DNA from: Podospora anserina
Lineage: Eukaryota
Length of the DNA: 64,000 nucleotides
Reading direction: 5' to 3'
Assembly (NCBI GenBank): GCA_017654855.1
Contig: CM030338.1
Coordinates: forward strand, 2,914,001 to 2,978,000
In this document: piece by piece, positions 60,410-64,000 of the stretch
Layout: the number at the start of each line of letters is the position of its first letter
Position numbering within the stretch: position 1 is the stretch's first letter
Notes under the pieces: generated by a model
The model's input: the letters and a program-made list of their open reading frames with translations, nothing else
Told to the model about the DNA's origin: nothing
Databases searched by the model: none
Position numbers and translations under genes: made by a program

Positions 60410-61962
60410 CTCAACCCTAGCCTTCTTCCTCACACTCCCCCCATTATCGTCATTATCAACCCCCTCCGTCGTCGACTTCCTCTTCCCCTTCCCATTCATC
60501 ACCACCACCACCCCCTCGCCCTCCTCCCTCAGCTTCTGCTCCTGATCCTCCATCTTGACAAGCAACCTCGCATAATCAAACTCAACCCCCTTCACCACCT
60601 CCCCCAGCTTCTCCACCCTCTCCTCTAGTTGGAGCTGTCCAAGCGCGTCCCTATTGTGCACGTACAGCCTCTTCTTGAGCATCAACTTCCAGAGCGCGTA
60701 CTCCTTCCTCTCCGTCGCAGTGGCAACTTTTTTGCTCTCGTCCAGGCCGATGCCCGGACGGACAGACTCTCCCAGCCGGGACATGAGCTGCATTTCCAGG
60801 ACGCGATAAAACTGCCTCTTTGTAATCTTTGCCTCTTTGCGTACCTTTTCGGCGGCGGCCTCGTCGATGATGTTTTTGGGTACGGGCCCTGTTTTGGGGA
60901 TCGGGGTGGAGGTGTTGATCTGGAGGGCTTGGAAGGAGGGGAGGGAACGTAAACAGCGGAGGTCGTTGATGTCGCGCATGTCGTCAAAGGCCTCGTTTGG
61001 GTCCTCGACGGTGATTTCCTTTGTGGGGGGGTGGGAGAGGTAGGTTTGGTAGACCGTGTGGTAGAGGCGGGAGCCGAGGGAGAGGTGCTGGAAGGGGGGG
61101 AGGATGAGGAACTGGGAGATGCGGGAGCGGCAGGGGAGGGTGGTGATGTCGACTGTGGGGGTGCCGAGGGGGAAGTCTTCCTTGATTACGATGGGGTCGT
61201 TGATTGGGGAGGGGGAGGAGGTGTTGTCAGAAAGGGGGGTGGTTGGTGGGGTTGGGGGGAGGTGGAGGAAGAAGAAGCGGTAGACGGTGGAGTAGCCGGC
61301 GAAGATGTAGGTTGGTTTCTTGTTGGAGGGGTCGGTTTTCTTTTGGTAGAGGAAGAAGACGGTCCAGTGGCCGGCGTCTTTGTCGTCGACGTTGATGGCG
61401 GTGCCGCCCTCGATGAAGAGGGGGACGAGGATCTGGATGCGCTTGACGAGCTGCTTGACGGCCGGGTCGGAGAGGGTGCCTTTCCAGACTTCAAAGCGGC
61501 CGGCCTTGTTGGTGAAGCTGGTGAGTAGCTCGCCGGGGGGTGTCCAGTCGTCGCGGGGTTTGGCAAGTTCGGATTTCCAATCTTTCAGGGGTTGGAAGGC
61601 AACCTCGGGGAGGAACTCGGAGAGGACTTCCTTGATGTCGAGGGGTTCGGCGTCGCCTATGGCGGGGAACTGCTTGCTGAACTTGATCTGGAGGTTGGGG
61701 CGCATGTCCGTCGCATTGTAGCGGAGGTTGATTTGGAGGTCTTGGTAGCCAAAGATTTCCTCCTCTTCGCCAAAGATGGGGTATGTGAATCTGGGGTGGA
61801 ATTTGGACTCTTTGCCATTGGAGCCTGGGGCAACGAGAGAGATCACGAAAGCCTCGTTGGCGGAGGCCGTCCCTAGGTAGGTAAGGAAAGCTGGTTAGTA
61901 AATTGGTTTGCGTGGAGTGAAGAAAGCTGGAGTAGCTTACAGGCGCCGTCGTCGTCGGCCAT
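60377..61962 (-). CDS. HAT1: Type B histone acetyltransferase catalytic subunit; intron 61873..61940
   Basis: FHPRFTYPIFGEEEEIFGYQDL, LFIEGG, RISQFLILPPFQHLSLGSRLY and EITVEDPNEAFDDMRD. Exon 1 reads MADDDGA|W. Confidence 0.94.
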
Positions 61963-62420
61963 GGTGGTGATGCGGCTGGCGGTTGCTATAGGATGTATGC
62001 GGCTGGTATGCGGCTGGTAAGCAAAATAAAGTTCTGCGGCTGGTGAGGTTGTGCGGCTTGAATGCGACAACAAAAGCTTCAAGTCGTCGACGAGAAAGTG
62101 GTTCGCGACGCGCTCTAATTGTACGACGCGTTCCACTGCGACGGTTTAATTGAAAGCTCGGGCCACCTTTGACATCCTTGCTGCCACTTGAGCTCCAACT
62201 GGCAACATTCACAACGTTCACAACTAGGTGAATAACAAGAGACTGTACGAAGTCCATGTGTTCACTGGCCACCCGATACCACAACACCCCTCATTCACAC
62301 TGTCCAACCGAGCCAACCCATCCTCTCCTCCTCGCAGTTCCTCGCAGTTTCCTCGCATTCTGCAATAACCAGCCCTTCCCAATCGAGGCTCCCACCAGGG
62401 GTTCTCACCTCAATCTGTAC

Positions 62421-62431
62421 AACCCTAACCC
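62421..62431. promoter_or_regulatory. Telomere-like AACCCT box, copy 3, in the HAT1/ATX2 divergent promoter
   Basis: AACCCTAACCC followed by AAT; regulatory role is inference. Confidence 0.3.
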
Positions 62432-62693
62432 AATCCAGCCAAGCGTAACGGGCTGGCGGGGCCGTCTTGCGCATCTTGCGGCCAGATCGTCCGCCATTGA
62501 TCACCAACCTTTTTGCGCTTGCGACGACACCACCGTTATCTTTTTCTGTGCGGCCGTCGCAAATTTGGTGGTTGGGCCCGTCTTGACCCTCATGAATCGA
62601 CAAAGGGGTCTTTCCCTCTCTCCTCCTGCTCCCCCCGTCAAATAATAGATATACCTATTCAATTTCAAATATCTACCTGCCTGGTGCCCCATC

Positions 62694-63890
62694 ATGAGTG
62701 GCTTAATCTTCCTCGTCGTGACCTCGGTAAGTTTGATGATGCGCCAGCCACCCTTCCCCGCGGCGATTTGTAAGACAACGGGCTAACTCACTGTTTCTCA
62801 TTTCCATAGGTGGTCATGGCCGTGGCGTATGTTCATCACAACCTTCTTCCTCAAGCCACCATCTAATTGACCCCCCCCTCTTCGCGTTTGTTACAGCTCC
62901 TTCCTCGCCGGCGCACTCCCCTTATCCATCAGCCTCACCCAATCCCAACTCCGCTTCGTCGCCTCCCTCGGCGCGGGTCTTTTAGTTGGATCATGCCTTA
63001 TAGTCATTGTCCCCGAGGGCATAGAAGCCATCGCCTCCGCCTCCTCCGACCATCACCACGACGATAATGCCCCGCACCGTCACCGTCGCGATGATCCCCC
63101 TCAGACCGAAGACGACGAGCTCCCAGCCTTCCACATCGGCCTCTCCCTCATCCTCGGCTTCGCCCTCATGTTCCTCATCGACCGCCTCCCCCGCCATCTA
63201 ACAGACCGCTTCACCCCTCCCCCCCAATCCCGCCACGTATCCCTCGACAACCTCTCCACTCACCAACCCGATTCCGACCTCGAAGACGAGTCCTTCCTTG
63301 GAAGTTTGACACCCTCCCCGAAACAATCACGATCACTAGCAACGACAATAGGACTGGTGATCCACGCGGCAGCAGACGGGGTTGCGATGGGGGCGTCAGC
63401 GACAACATCAAACATGAACGTCGGCCTGATCATCTTCTTCGCCATTCTGGTCCACAAGGCCCCCGCGGCGTTTGGGCTCACGTCTACGCTGCTTAAGCAA
63501 GGGTTGAGCAAACGAGCGGCGAGGGTGCATCTCATGGTGTTCAGCCTGGCGGCGCCGGTGGGGGCGCTGGTGACGTATTTCATGGTGGGCATGTTGGGGG
63601 GGGAGCATTTGGAGGGGGAGGAGGAGGGGGGGAAGTGGTGGACGGGGATGCTGCTCTTGTTCAGCGGGGGGACGTTTTTGTATGTGGCTATGCATGCTAT
63701 GCAGGAGGAGAATTCTTTTGGAGTTGGGGGGCATGATCATGCTGGGCAGGGAGGTGGGGGGGGTTATTCAGAGGTTGGGAATGGGGGGAATAGGAGGGGG
63801 GGGAGGTTGGAGTTGAGGGATACTTTGGGGACGGTGGTGGGGATGTTGCTGCCTTTGGCGACGAGGTTTGGGCATCATCATCATCATTAG
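62694..63890 (+). CDS. ATX2: ZIP-family Zn/Mn transporter (Atx2/ZIP9-like); introns 62727..62809 and 62827..62896
   Basis: Spliced MAVA|SFLAGALPL..GAGLLVGSCLIVIVPEG; TM4 GLVIHAAADGVAMG, TM5 VHKAPAAFGL, and LLFSGGTFLYVA. Confidence 0.9.
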
Positions 63891-64000
63891 GGGGAGGGGA
63901 GCTGATGTGTGGGTTTTTTTTTCTGATGGCGTTATTGGGACAAGGGCGGGCTTGGATAGCGATGTTTATTGTTTTTGTGGGATAAAAAGGGGGGTGATGG

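Overview
Eukaryotic DNA from a filamentous ascomycete. Intron signals (GTRNGY...CTRAC...YAG), 50-130 nt introns and gene style point to Sordariales, plausibly Podospora or a relative (inference). It is a gene-dense core chromosomal segment. I reconstruct 24 protein-coding genes, most spliced by hand: eIF3a (5'-truncated), a secreted WSC protein, mitoribosomal bL19m, an uncharacterised mitochondrial protein, cysteine synthase, Vps72, Vma22, Cdc42, Asn-tRNA synthetase, Mrn1/Nrd1-like RRM protein, Mis12, Trk, a PPR protein, a histidine phosphatase, a Zn2Cys6 factor, Dld2, Pre6, a CHY zinc finger, Ssl2/XPB, Pro3, Ctk3, Hat1 and Atx2, plus one weak orphan ORF. There are two tRNA genes (His-GTG with an intron, Gly-GCC) and several microsatellites. 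I saw no transposon, CRISPR array or secondary-metabolite cluster. The most striking unexplained signal is a repeated ~0.6-1.5 kb C-rich-block-then-G-rich-block architecture running through exons and introns alike. Other leads: telomere-like AACCCTAACCC boxes, an ACG start candidate for the RRM gene, an apparent frameshift in VPS72, a (GAG)n(TAG)n stop array in HAT1, and a possible structured RNA between the tRNAs. All identifications come from motif recognition by eye; no database searches were run.
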